Of a stretch of 64,000 nt of DNA, positions 1 to 9,039 are shown piece after piece. Every line of letters starts with the position of its first letter. The first letter of the stretch is position 1. Source of the stretch: an uncultured Acidobacteriota bacterium (GTDB lineage: Bacteria > Acidobacteriota > JAAYUB01); contig CAYTBK010000006.1 in assembly GCA_964436005.1 (NCBI GenBank), positions 2,212 to 66,211 of the forward strand, in the 5' to 3' direction. The notes beneath the pieces were generated by a model. The model had not been told where the DNA came from and made no database searches. It saw nothing but the letters and a program-made list of their open reading frames with translations. A program made the position numbers and the translations under genes.

Positions 1-1532
1 ACGCGGATCAGGGTGGTTTTGCCCGCCCCGTTGGGCCCCAGGAGGCCGACGATGCTGCCCCGCGGGACGCACAGGTCGACGCCGTCCAGCGCGGTGATGC
101 GGCCGAACTTTTTCGTCAGGTTGCTCACCCGGATCGCCGGTTCCGGGGCCGGTCCGCCGGCCGAGGGGCCTCGCCCCCGCCCCGGCGGCTCCGCCCCGCC
201 GCCGGGGGGACGGGGTTCTTCTTCCCGATAGCAGGAGCGCAGGGTGTCCAGGGTCAGGACCGGCAGGCCGTCGTGCAGCAAACCCCATCCCGGCCGCCGG
301 CCGGTGAGGAGAAGCCCCTCGTCGCTCACGCCGGCCCGGGCGGCCAGTTCCCGTTTCCGGCGCCGGAGGAGGGCCGGCAGGGCCCCGAGAAACCGCAGAT
401 ACCCCCGCAGGTAGGCGGCGGACAGGGCGAAGTTTCCCCGGCGGAGAAGGTGCCGCAGGGCGGCGGCGTCCTCGCGCAGGTAGTTGCCCAGGGCCCGCTT
501 CAGCGTTGTCCGCTCCAGGTTCTTGCAGGCGAAGTACAGGCGGTTGCCCACCACGAAGCGGAGCTTGAAACCCTCCGCCCGGCGGCCCATGGAGGCACCG
601 CCCTTGTGGTAGACCACGGCGGCGGGGGCGGCGTGGACCGGGAACCCCCGGAACTGCGCCCGGTAGCACCAGTCCATGTCCTCGTAGTAGAAGCGGTAGA
701 ACTCGTCCAGGCCCCCGATCCGCGCGACGGTGCCCCGGTTGAGCAGGGCGGCGGCGAAGCAGGCCGAAGGGGAGTTTTTCACACCGTCGAACTGGTTCAG
801 GTCCAGAAAGCCGAAAAAGTTGTCGGCGCCCCAGTCGTGGTCCCGGACAGCGTTGCCGATGGAGTTGATAAAGCAAGGGTTATCATGGTACAGGATCTTC
901 GGTGCGATGGCGGACCACCGCTCGTACTGCCCGGCCGCCCGGACCAGCTCGAGCAGCGCGTTCCGGTCCAGGACCGTGTCGTTGTTGAGCAGCAGGACGA
1001 ACTCCCCCCGCGCCCGGGCCAACCCTGCGTTCACCGCGGCGGCGAACCCGGCGTTCCGTTTCATCTCCACCAACCGCACGCCCGCCGCCCGGCTGCGCAG
1101 GAGGGGGCGGGAGCCGTCGCGCGAATCGTTGTCCACCACCACGACTTCGCGGTCGGGGTAGCTCTGGCGTTCCAGCGAGTCGAGCAGTTCCGGCAGATGC
1201 TCTTCCCCGTTGTAGTTGACGACGAGGATGGAGACCAGCGGCGTGCGGGAAAGGGGGGCGGCCTCGGCGCCGGCCCGGTCCGGGGCCTCCGCCGGCGGTT
1301 CTGCCTCGAGGGCCCCGAGACGAACCATGGCCAGCAGAAAGACCGCCAGGAGCGGGCGGTCGAGGGCGCTCTTCTCCGCGATCTCCTCCTCCGTGTGGTG
1401 GTCGATGCTCTCGAGGAGGCGCCGGGTGAGTTCGTCGATGAGTACGCGGCCCCTCCCGGCCCGCTCGAGAACGATGTGCGGGCCGGTTTCCCGGATTTCC
1501 CACTGGCTGGACCTGGTGTACCGCTGGATCAT
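1..1532 (-). CDS. Multidomain protein, N-terminal ~510 aa in window: PqqD/RRE-like N-terminal segment + family-2 glycosyltransferase (GT-A) domain + Pro/Gly-rich linker + ABC transporter ATP-binding domain; C-terminus lies beyond window start
   Basis: Own translation of minus-strand frame from ATG 1532..1530 ([75 protein letters not shown]...[41 protein letters not shown]...GFAAAVNAG...[17 protein letters not shown]...[74 protein letters not shown]). No stop codon down to nt 1. Absent from ORF track only because the frame is open at the window edge (no other minus-strand ORF >=60 aa in this frame). In-frame upstream stop TAG at 1604..1602. GT2 motifs and Walker A are unambiguous; the PqqD-like assignment is by eye. 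Confidence 0.6.
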   Translation of the reverse strand, partial: MIQRYTRSSQWEIRETGPHIVLERAGRGRVLIDELTRRLLESIDHHTEEEIAEKSALDRPLLAVFLLAMVRLGALEAEPPAEAPDRAGAEAAPLSRTPLVSILVVNYNGEEHLPELLDSLERQSYPDREVVVVDNDSRDGSRPLLRSRAAGVRLVEMKRNAGFAAAVNAGLARARGEFVLLLNNDTVLDRNALLELVRAAGQYERWSAIAPKILYHDNPCFINSIGNAVRDHDWGADNFFGFLDLNQFDGVKNSPSACFAAALLNRGTVARIGGLDEFYRFYYEDMDWCYRAQFRGFPVHAAPAAVVYHKGGASMGRRAEGFKLRFVVGNRLYFACKNLERTTLKRALGNYLREDAAALRHLLRRGNFALSAAYLRGYLRFLGALPALLRRRKRELAARAGVSDEGLLLTGRRPGWGLLHDGLPVLTLDTLRSCYREEEPRPPGGGAEPPGRGRGPSAGGPAPEPAIRVSNLTKKFGRITALDGVDLCVPRGSIVGLLGPNGAGKTTLIR

Positions 1533-1639
1533 GCTGCGCCCTTGTCGCGCGGTCCGCTCACCCGCCGGGCCGGCCCGGCGGTCGCAACTTCGCCGCCTCC
1601 ACTATACCCGACTTCCCCGGCGGACGGCGCCTTCTTCAT
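1529..1639 (-). CDS. Candidate 36-aa small [39 protein letters not shown], translationally coupled between GT4 gene and the RRE-GT2-ABC fusion gene (possible precursor peptide or coupling ORF)
   Basis: ATG at 1639..1637 overlaps GT4 stop TGA (1638..1636) as ATGA. Its stop TGA 1531..1529 overlaps the ATG 1532..1530 of the downstream gene as ATGA. Ser/Thr/Gly-rich. Open frames are common by chance in high-GC DNA, hence low confidence. Confidence 0.2.
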   Translation of the reverse strand: MKKAPSAGEVGYSGGGEVATAGPARRVSGPRDKGAA

Positions 1640-2997
1640 CGAATGGGCCGGCGGGTAATTTTCTGCTTCAGGACTCGCCCGACCCGGCGAAGAAGGCGGC
1701 GGAGCAGATCGAGGCTGCGCATGTTTTCTTCGGAGAAGCGGATTTCTCCCGCCTGGCGGAGCATGTCCAGCAGGGAAGGGAGCAACTCCGCCGCCGGGGC
1801 GCGGGCTGGCTGGGGGCCTTTCGCCAGCACACGCCTGTGGAGGTCTTCGAAGCGTCGGACCGCCTGGGCGGCGGAGAAGCGTTCCCGGGCCTGCTGCCTG
1901 GCCGTCTCCCCCATCGCCTTGCGCAGGTCGGGGGATTCCCACAGCGCGCGGAGTCGCCCGGCCATGCCGGCGACGTCGCCGCAGGGCACCAGGTAGCCGG
2001 TCACACCGTCCTCGACGACTTCTTCCGGGCCGCCGCACCGGGTGGCCACGACGGGTTTGCCCGCCGCCATGGCCTCGATGCAGACCAGGCTCAGGTTTTC
2101 GTTGTGGGAGGGGTGCAAGAGCACGTCGAGGCTGCCGAGCGATTCGGCCGTGGACGGTTGAAAGCCTACGAAGTGGACGCGGTCGGAGACACCGAGGCGT
2201 TCCGCCTGTCGCCGGGCGGCCTCGGCCGCCCACGGTTCGGTGACGTTTCCGATCCAGGCGAACATCACGTCGGCACCGGAGGCGACGAGGCGGGCGGCCA
2301 CTTCGACGAAGCCTTCGGGGTTCTTGCGCAGCCCGAGGGACCCGACCGCTCCCACCAGCATGGTGCCCTCCCGGCAGCCCAGGGCCCGCCGCAGGGTCGG
2401 AGATCTTTCCGCGGGCGCCCCGGCGAAGTCCTCGACCGGGATCCCGCCGATTATCGTTTCCACTTTTTCGCCGCCGATGAAGCCCCTCACCCGTCTGCCC
2501 AGGTAGCCGGAAACGGCCGCCACCCCGTCGGAGAGCAGGTCCACCAGGGCGAAGACGGCCGGCACGGAGAGATAGGAGCTCAAGGTCTCGTTTTCCAGGA
2601 GGTTTTCGGTGACGTGCCAGACGTGGGGCCTCTTCGCCCGGGCGGCGGCCAGGGCCCCGTCGACGACGACGACGGTGTTGGTCTGGACCAGGTCTACCTC
2701 CTCCCGCTCGATGATGCGGGCGATGGTTTCCACGTTTTCCGGCAGGCCCCGCAGCAGCCGGCAGAGGTGCCGTTCGCTTTTCCAGCGCACCCCCGGCACC
2801 CACCATTCCATGGGCACCGACACGGTGCGCACGCCCAACGCTTCGATGCGGTCCTGCAGAACGCCTTCGCCCGGCAGCACGACCAGGGGATCCCACCGAT
2901 CGCGGTCCAGGAAGCGGAGGTGGTTCAGCAGGCACATCTCGGCGCCGCCCATGGCCGAAGAGTGGGAAACGAAAAGGACCCGGCTCTTACCCGTCAT
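1636..2997 (-). CDS. Glycosyltransferase family 1 / GT4 (GT-B fold)
   Basis: C-terminal 453 aa of track ORF 1636..4938 starting MTGKSRVLFVSHSSAMGGAEMCLLNH...; GT4 core EAMAAGKPVVATRCGGPEEVVEDGVTGYLV. The N-terminal 647 aa of the track ORF is read-through antisense junk. ATG 2997 overlaps upstream gene stop (ATGA). Confidence 0.8.
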   Translation of the reverse strand: MTGKSRVLFVSHSSAMGGAEMCLLNHLRFLDRDRWDPLVVLPGEGVLQDRIEALGVRTVSVPMEWWVPGVRWKSERHLCRLLRGLPENVETIARIIEREEVDLVQTNTVVVVDGALAAARAKRPHVWHVTENLLENETLSSYLSVPAVFALVDLLSDGVAAVSGYLGRRVRGFIGGEKVETIIGGIPVEDFAGAPAERSPTLRRALGCREGTMLVGAVGSLGLRKNPEGFVEVAARLVASGADVMFAWIGNVTEPWAAEAARRQAERLGVSDRVHFVGFQPSTAESLGSLDVLLHPSHNENLSLVCIEAMAAGKPVVATRCGGPEEVVEDGVTGYLVPCGDVAGMAGRLRALWESPDLRKAMGETARQQARERFSAAQAVRRFEDLHRRVLAKGPQPARAPAAELLPSLLDMLRQAGEIRFSEENMRSLDLLRRLLRRVGRVLKQKITRRPIR

Positions 2998-5222
2998 CTT
3001 CCCGCTCCTTCGTGCCGGAGTATCCTCGCCAGTTCGAGCGGCAGGCGCCAGAGCCTTCGCGGGTGCGCCAGGGCGAAGCGGACCGCGCTCCGGAGCCGGC
3101 AGACCCGGGCCTCTTTCCAGTCCACCAGGCGGGACCGCCACGGCCGCGCCCCGTACTGGTAGTTCTGCACCAGGAAGGCGTAGATTTCTTCGCCGAAGAG
3201 GTGGTAGAGCGGCCCGTGGCGCCTGGCGATGTCGGCCAGGGCGATCCTGTGCCCGTCGCCGGTGGCCGAGTGGTAACGGGACCGGCGCTGAATCCGGTAG
3301 TCGTACACGGTTTCGGGCAGGTTGACGCCCAACCAACCCTGCTCGACCATGGACATGAACGCGTCGTAATCCTCCCCCACCGACGGCAGGGTCTGCCCCG
3401 GCCAGGCGCGGCGGCGGATCAGGCTGGGGCCCATGGCCTGGTTCCGCAGCAGGAACATGGGCAGGTCCACGTCGGTAATGACCCAGGTGAAGGATTTCCC
3501 GCCGAAGGCTTCGACCCAGCCTCCGACGAAGCCAACGTTGGCATACCGTTTCAGCACGGCCGCCGCGTGTTCGAAATAGGACGGCCGGACCCGGTCGTCG
3601 GCGTCCACGAAGCAGAGGAACTCCGCGTCCGACGACCGCCCCCACCGGTTGCGGATGGCCACCGGGCCCTGGTTGCGCGGCTCCCGGACCCAGTGAACCT
3701 CCCAGCCTTTGTCGGAAACGGTCTCCTTCTGCAGGGCCGCGAATTCCTCCCGCGAACGCGGGTCTGTGGATGCGTCGTCGACCACCGTGAGGCGGATCGG
3801 CCGGTAGGTCGAGTTCCGGATGCTGTCCAGGGCCTCCCGGAGGAACCGGCCGTGATTGAAGCAGGGCATGACGACGTGGATCAGGCCGGCCACGGTCTCT
3901 CCGCCCCGGCTTTCGGTCGGCGGCGCCGGCACGGCGGCGAAACGGCGCCGGTCGGCGAAGGGGGAGGCGGGAAAGGTCCCGGGGCCTTCGGAGTGGCTGC
4001 GCTCCACGGTTTCCCGGCAGATTCGCTCGTAGACCGGCAGGGCGTTTTTTACGGATACCAGGCGGCACACCCGCCGGTTGGCGCTGTCGCCCCATTCGGC
4101 CAACTCTGCCGGCGAGGCGGCGAGGACCCGTTTGAGGGCCTGGGCGAGCCCCCGTTCGTCCTCGTACAGGAAACCGGAAGACCCGGGCTCGACCAGTTCG
4201 GTGTGCCCGCCCCGGTCGGAAGCGATGACGGGCCGGCCGTACGACATGGCCTCGATGCAGGTGTGTGACAGCGATTCCATCAGGGTGGGCAGGACCACGG
4301 CCCGGCTCTGGGCCAGGGCGTTCCGGACGGTCTCGAAATCCTCGGCGTGCGGTAGGATGCGGAGCAGTCCCCGGCGGATGTACCTTCCGTACTCTGTCCG
4401 GATGTGGGTGGCCATGTCCGTTCCCCGCGGCGGATACCACTGGCTCGCGCCCTGCAGCTTGAGCACGAAGGAGAGCCCTTCGTCCCAAAGCCCGGCGCAG
4501 GTCTGCAGCAGGGTCAGGATCCCCTTCAGGTAGCTGAGTTGGCCGAAGTACAGCAGTTCGTCGTTGTCGCAGGGGGGGAGACGGTTTTCCGGCACGGCGT
4601 GGGCCGAGCAGGTGTAGTAGACCGGCGGCCGGGGGAGGTGGAACCGCTCGCTGATCCGGTCCGCCATGAACTGGGAGACGGCGAACCGGTTGTCCGAGCC
4701 GACCAGCTGGTACGCCTGGCGCTGCCGGAGCAGCATGCGGGGCCAGGAGAAGGCCAGGTCTCGGTCCTGCTCGTACATGGCGAACTGGTTGGAGTGGCAC
4801 GAGGTGAGGATGGGCGCCGCGGCTTCGGGGTACCCGAGCCGCCGGTGCTGCACGAAGAAATAGCCCAGCGCCTTGAAATCGTGCGCGTCGATGATGTCCG
4901 GCACGAATCCCCCGGCCGCGAGGTGGGCGTACTCGCACCAGTACTGGTAGAGCTCGGCCAGCGGGGCGTCGGCATTCAGGAAAACCTGGTGGGCCCTTTC
5001 GCCGTAGGGGTGGCGCGGGCCGAAGCGGAGGTCGCCCAGGGCGAACTCATGGCAGACCACGCTGGCCCGGACGCTCGTCCGGCGGTGCCCCGTCAGGCAC
5101 AGGACGTGGACTTCGTGACCCTTCCCGGCCAGGGCCGAGGCCGTGTGGGAAATCGCCGTGCCCAGCCCGTACCCCTTGGGCGAGAGGCCGGGGTAAGCGG
5201 TGGTCAGGAACAGGATCTTCAT
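2994..5222 (-). CDS. Two-domain glycosyltransferase: N-terminal GT4 (MKILFLTTAYPGLSPKGYGLGTA...) fused to C-terminal GT2 (HVVMPCFNHGRFLREALDSIRNSTYRPIRLTVVDDASTD)
   Basis: Track ORF 2994..5900; real start MKILF at 5222 (residue 227), preceded by GGAGG RBS at 5224-5228 (minus sense). ATGA overlap with the next gene upstream. Confidence 0.8.
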   Translation of the reverse strand: MKILFLTTAYPGLSPKGYGLGTAISHTASALAGKGHEVHVLCLTGHRRTSVRASVVCHEFALGDLRFGPRHPYGERAHQVFLNADAPLAELYQYWCEYAHLAAGGFVPDIIDAHDFKALGYFFVQHRRLGYPEAAAPILTSCHSNQFAMYEQDRDLAFSWPRMLLRQRQAYQLVGSDNRFAVSQFMADRISERFHLPRPPVYYTCSAHAVPENRLPPCDNDELLYFGQLSYLKGILTLLQTCAGLWDEGLSFVLKLQGASQWYPPRGTDMATHIRTEYGRYIRRGLLRILPHAEDFETVRNALAQSRAVVLPTLMESLSHTCIEAMSYGRPVIASDRGGHTELVEPGSSGFLYEDERGLAQALKRVLAASPAELAEWGDSANRRVCRLVSVKNALPVYERICRETVERSHSEGPGTFPASPFADRRRFAAVPAPPTESRGGETVAGLIHVVMPCFNHGRFLREALDSIRNSTYRPIRLTVVDDASTDPRSREEFAALQKETVSDKGWEVHWVREPRNQGPVAIRNRWGRSSDAEFLCFVDADDRVRPSYFEHAAAVLKRYANVGFVGGWVEAFGGKSFTWVITDVDLPMFLLRNQAMGPSLIRRRAWPGQTLPSVGEDYDAFMSMVEQGWLGVNLPETVYDYRIQRRSRYHSATGDGHRIALADIARRHGPLYHLFGEEIYAFLVQNYQYGARPWRSRLVDWKEARVCRLRSAVRFALAHPRRLWRLPLELARILRHEGAGR

Positions 5223-6208
5223 GCCTCCCCTCCCATGGCGGCGGCCCCGGGGGAGCCGGGTTCCGGCCTGCTTCCGTCCCTGGCCAGGAAGGCCCGGGCC
5301 AGCGGCCTGGCCACCCGCACCAGGAGGGGCACGGCCACGGCCCGCGGGCCGAACAGGTGGTTGAGGAGGAAGGAAGCCTTCAGTTTGTCCATGGTTTCGA
5401 GCCAATCCTTTGCCAGGGCTTTGTCCAGGTCGCTGGCGGGGAGGCCGCGCAGCACCTCGGCCACCGGGAACCCGCAGAGGTCGATCCGGTAGCGGGCGGC
5501 CAGCGCCGCCAGACCGCGGTGTCCTCCCGGCCCGCCAGCCGGGAGGGGGAGCGGGACGGTTTCTCCCGCGACCCGGTGGCGGTCGACAAGGCAAGAAAAC
5601 AGGGCGGGCGAGCGGTCGGCGAGCACGGCGCGCACGCCACCCGCCGGCGGGAGCGGGGGGGACTTGCGTACGGCCTGCCAGGGGGCCCCCGGTTCGGGGC
5701 GGCGGGCGAACACTCTTCGGCGGCATCCTATCACCACGGGGGCGATGGAGGACCGGGCCCGGAGCACGAGTCGCTCCAGGGCGCGGTGGTACAGCGCGTC
5801 GCGGTGGGTGTGGCAGAAGAGGTAGCGGCCTTCGGCCTGCCGGAGGCCCTCCGCCGCCAGGGGGACCGTTTCCTCTTCGCCGTGTCCAGCTTCGCCCCAC
5901 ACGACGCGGTGCCGCCCCACCTCCAGGACGGCCGTGCCTTCGTGGACGGGCCGGACGGGGTGGGGTGAGGACGGGGGGGCCGGAAAGGGCTGCCGTCGGA
6001 TGATCCCGGCGATTTCTTCGGCCAGCCCCGCCGTCCCGTTCCGGACCACGACCACCGCCTGCAGGGAGGCCAGGGAACAGGTGGCCAGGCCGAAGAGGGC
6101 CCTGTTTAGGAGTTCCGCGTCGTCCTGAACGGAGAATACGACGACGGCGCTGACCCCCTCAGCGGTCCCTTCCTGGGTTTTCGCCTGGCCGGGGCGGGGG
6201 TTCACCAT
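5219..6208 (-). CDS. Glycosyltransferase-like protein (GT-A/GT2-like; VVVFSVQDD...VVVVRNGTAGLAEE)
   Basis: C-terminal 329 aa of track ORF 5219..7099 starting MVNPRPGQAKTQEG at 6208; weak GT2-like motifs, family assignment tentative. Confidence 0.5.
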   Translation of the reverse strand: MVNPRPGQAKTQEGTAEGVSAVVVFSVQDDAELLNRALFGLATCSLASLQAVVVVRNGTAGLAEEIAGIIRRQPFPAPPSSPHPVRPVHEGTAVLEVGRHRVVWGEAGHGEEETVPLAAEGLRQAEGRYLFCHTHRDALYHRALERLVLRARSSIAPVVIGCRRRVFARRPEPGAPWQAVRKSPPLPPAGGVRAVLADRSPALFSCLVDRHRVAGETVPLPLPAGGPGGHRGLAALAARYRIDLCGFPVAEVLRGLPASDLDKALAKDWLETMDKLKASFLLNHLFGPRAVAVPLLVRVARPLARAFLARDGSRPEPGSPGAAAMGGEA

Positions 6209-7038
6209 CGGCAGCCCGCAAAGGCGAAATTTCGGTCGAACCGGGCCACCCGGGCCGCCGCGGCCGGCGGGATCCTTCCCTCGTCGGCGGGAAGCGCGGG
6301 AAGTTCTTGCGGTGATCGGAAGAATTTCCGGGAGAGGAGAAGCTTTTCGCAGTGGAGCTGGAATTCTTCCATGTGCCACTTCCAGGCCAGGCGCCGCCCG
6401 GACTCCAGTTGGCGCCGCTCCACCAGCGGGTCGCCTCCGCGGTCCCGGACGTCGTGCGCGAAGAGCGCCGCCGGGCACACTTTGGTGGAGAACCCGCCCA
6501 GGCGCGCCCGCCACGAGAAATCCACGTCCTCCATGTACAGGAAAAAACCGGGGTCGAAAGGCCCGATGGCCTCGTAAACGGCCCGCGGGACGAGCAGGCA
6601 GCACGCCGAGCACCAGGGGGTGTCGAACTGGAGGGGGTCGTACTCCTTGGGGTGTTCTTCCGGGAACTGCAGGGCTTCGATCAGGGCGGTCGGGAATCGC
6701 CGGTTGAATTCGAGGAGCGCCGCCAGGGCCCGGTGGTGGAAGGCGCCGTCGGGGTTGGCGCAAAGGAAGGCCTGGGCGTGGAGGTCTTCGAAAGCGTGCC
6801 GCATGAGCCGATTGGTGGACACGGCGAACCCGACGTTCCCCTGCGGTTCCAGCACGGTTGCCGCGGGGGTGCAAAGGGCGAGGCCCGGGTCGCCGTGATT
6901 GTCGACGCAGGCGAGGGCGATTTCGCATTCGGCGGGCAACTCGGCGGCGGCGAGGCGGCAGGAGCGGGCCAACCGCTCCAGCTGGTCCGGTGGGTTGGCG
7001 TACGTCGTAACTCCCACAACGATTGTTGTTCCTCGCAT
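6202..7038 (-). CDS. Glycosyltransferase family 2 (rhamnosyltransferase-like motifs)
   Basis: Track ORF 6202..7386, real start MRGTTIVVGVTTYANP at 7038; motifs GNVGFAVSTNR and FFLYMEDVDFSWRARLGGF. Confidence 0.7.
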   Translation of the reverse strand: MRGTTIVVGVTTYANPPDQLERLARSCRLAAAELPAECEIALACVDNHGDPGLALCTPAATVLEPQGNVGFAVSTNRLMRHAFEDLHAQAFLCANPDGAFHHRALAALLEFNRRFPTALIEALQFPEEHPKEYDPLQFDTPWCSACCLLVPRAVYEAIGPFDPGFFLYMEDVDFSWRARLGGFSTKVCPAALFAHDVRDRGGDPLVERRQLESGRRLAWKWHMEEFQLHCEKLLLSRKFFRSPQELPALPADEGRIPPAAAARVARFDRNFAFAGCRW

Positions 7039-7099
7039 TCCTGGTCCTTCCCGGTGGCCTGGCTTGGATAGCCTGTTGCCGTCTGTGGCCCTGCCGCAA

Positions 7100-8098
7100 T
7101 CAACCCAACGCGTCGGTCGGGTCGGCCGGCCTCGCCTCCGCCGCCGGCCGGGAGAGGGGAGCCAGATTCCCCCGGTGGCAGGGCAGGCCTTTTCTTGCCT
7201 CGTGGAAAAAAGACCGGGACCAGATGGCGGCGCCGGCCAGGTAGAGCGGCCAGCGCAGGCACAGGACCCCCAGGGAACGGCGGTCGTGCCGGAACAGCCA
7301 GCGGGCGGCCTTCGCGAGGCGGACAAAGGGCATGGTGAACGCCAGCGGCGGGAAGCGGATGGCCGTGTGGACGGGCAATCCGGCACGGTTGCGCGCCCGG
7401 GCCGACCACTCGCCCAGGTCGCGCTGGTAGGCCAGCATTTCGCCCAGCCGGGCGTGCTTGCAGTGCAGCACCTCGATGGCCGGGTCGAACAGGATGCGCT
7501 CTCCCGCTTTGTGCAGCCCCCAGTGGAACAGGACGTCCTCGGATAACCGCATGTCGTCGTCGTATCCCCCGTGCCGCTCGAAGACCTCGCGGCGGTACAT
7601 GATGATGGCCGTGGGGACCGACGCCTCCGTCCGCCGGGGGCAGGCGGGCATGAACTCGCGGAACTCGAGGTGGTAGGCGACCCAGTCGGCCGCGCTCATG
7701 GGCGATTCCTGGCGCAGCGCCCCGCCCACCGCCGCGTACGCTCCCTCGGCGTGCCGGGCCAGCATGCGCTCGATCATGTCCGGGAAGGCGACACAGTCGG
7801 AATCCAGCATCAGGCAGAACGGGGAGCGGCTGGCGCGGACGCCGGCGTTGCGGGCCGCCCCGGCGAACGTGCGCCGGGGAAAGCGGATCAGGCGGACGGA
7901 GGGGAACTCCCGTTCCACGATCTGCGGCGTTTCGTCTTCCGAGCTGTCGACCACCAGGATCTCGAAGGGGACGGCCGTGTCCTGGCGCAACAGGGACTGG
8001 AGACAGGCCCGGATGGTCCGGGCCGAGTTGTAGCAGGGTACGATAACCGTGACCAGCGGGTCTGTTTCCGGTGCGGAACGTACTTCTCGCGACGCCAT
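7100..8098 (-). CDS. Glycosyltransferase family 2
   Basis: Track ORF 7100..8185; start MASREVRSAPETDPLVTVIVPCYNSARTIRACLQSLLRQ at 8098; classic GT2 N-terminal motif and DSD. Confidence 0.8.
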   Translation of the reverse strand: MASREVRSAPETDPLVTVIVPCYNSARTIRACLQSLLRQDTAVPFEILVVDSSEDETPQIVEREFPSVRLIRFPRRTFAGAARNAGVRASRSPFCLMLDSDCVAFPDMIERMLARHAEGAYAAVGGALRQESPMSAADWVAYHLEFREFMPACPRRTEASVPTAIIMYRREVFERHGGYDDDMRLSEDVLFHWGLHKAGERILFDPAIEVLHCKHARLGEMLAYQRDLGEWSARARNRAGLPVHTAIRFPPLAFTMPFVRLAKAARWLFRHDRRSLGVLCLRWPLYLAGAAIWSRSFFHEARKGLPCHRGNLAPLSRPAAEARPADPTDALG

Positions 8099-8245
8099 GG
8101 CGCTGCCGACCCCCTTCTGCTCTGTCCGGCACTGTAACGTGCTGCTGAAAGCGGGCATTGTAGAAGAGGCCCGGCCGGATTGCAAGGGCCCATTGGCCGG
8201 GGCGCGCAGGTGCTGAAGCGGGGGCGGCGCGCCCCAGAACGTTTC

Positions 8246-9037
8246 TCAACCGTTGGATTCGGCCACGATGTACTCCTTCCGGCGGAAGATCCATGCACCC
8301 AGCAGCAGGGCCACGGCGCCCGTCAGCAGGGGCACCAGGATGGAAACGACCGTTCCGGAGGCCTCGAGGTGGAAGGTCATGGGCCCGCGGGCCTGGTCGA
8401 TCTGGGGCAGGAGGGACTTGAGGTAGTGGATGATCGTCAGCTTCTGGGTGACGCCCGGCATGAACTGGATGATGCTTTCCCAGCCGAAGACGAAGATGAG
8501 GCCGGTGAGGATGGGCCGCTTCAGGAAAGCTCCCAGCAGGGCGAAGAGGGCTGTGTAGGCGAAGACGGCCAGCAGGCCGACGAAGAAGGTGCAGTAGAAG
8601 CGCCCCCAGCGGTCGGCGGAGGCGAGGCCGGCCGGGTCCGCGGCCAGGAAGGCGGCGAACAGGCTGAAGGCCGCGATGAGCGCGGCCACCCCGCTGTAGG
8701 CCAGGGCCTTGCCCAGGAAGATGCCGCAGCGTGGGGCCGGGCGGGTGATGAGGTAGACCAGCGTCTTGTCCTCGATCTCGTCGGAGACGACGGTGGAGCC
8801 GTAGAAGAGCGCCAGCACGGGGATCAGCAGCTGGAAGAAGAACGACGGCAGCGGACCGGTGAAGAAGGTCTCGGCGGGGATGTCGGTGGCGTGGGACAGG
8901 GTGGCCACCAGCCGGATGACGCCGAGTATCGCCGCCGGGATCACCCCGATGACGAAGAAGGCCCGGGTGCGCTTCGAGCGCAGGGACAGCCGGCCGAAAG
9001 CGCCGGCGGTGATGCGGATGCCGTGAGCCAGTTTCAT
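8246..9037 (-). CDS. ABC-2 type transporter permease
   Basis: 263 aa, six predicted TM helices, follows the ATPase with 2-nt gap. Confidence 0.7.
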   Translation of the reverse strand: MKLAHGIRITAGAFGRLSLRSKRTRAFFVIGVIPAAILGVIRLVATLSHATDIPAETFFTGPLPSFFFQLLIPVLALFYGSTVVSDEIEDKTLVYLITRPAPRCGIFLGKALAYSGVAALIAAFSLFAAFLAADPAGLASADRWGRFYCTFFVGLLAVFAYTALFALLGAFLKRPILTGLIFVFGWESIIQFMPGVTQKLTIIHYLKSLLPQIDQARGPMTFHLEASGTVVSILVPLLTGAVALLLGAWIFRRKEYIVAESNG

Positions 9038-9039
9038 GG

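Noticed and set aside
273-1658. 461-aa plus-strand ORF (and nested 730..1161, 883..1503 ORFs)
   Set aside because: Antisense to the clearly homologous GT2/ABC-ATPase reading frame on the minus strand; composition typical of GC-rich antisense frames
1529-2935. 468-aa minus-strand ORF
   Set aside because: Alternative frame overlapping the GT4 gene; only its last 36 codons (the coupled small ORF) are considered potentially real
2998-4938. N-terminal 647 aa of the 1100-aa track ORF 1636..4938
   Set aside because: Read-through in an alternative frame of the upstream GT4-GT2 gene; the homologous GT4 protein starts at MTGKSRV (2997) with ATGA coupling
6681-8294. 537-aa minus-strand ORF
   Set aside because: Alternative frame across two GT2 genes, Pro/Arg/Gly-rich, no domain signal
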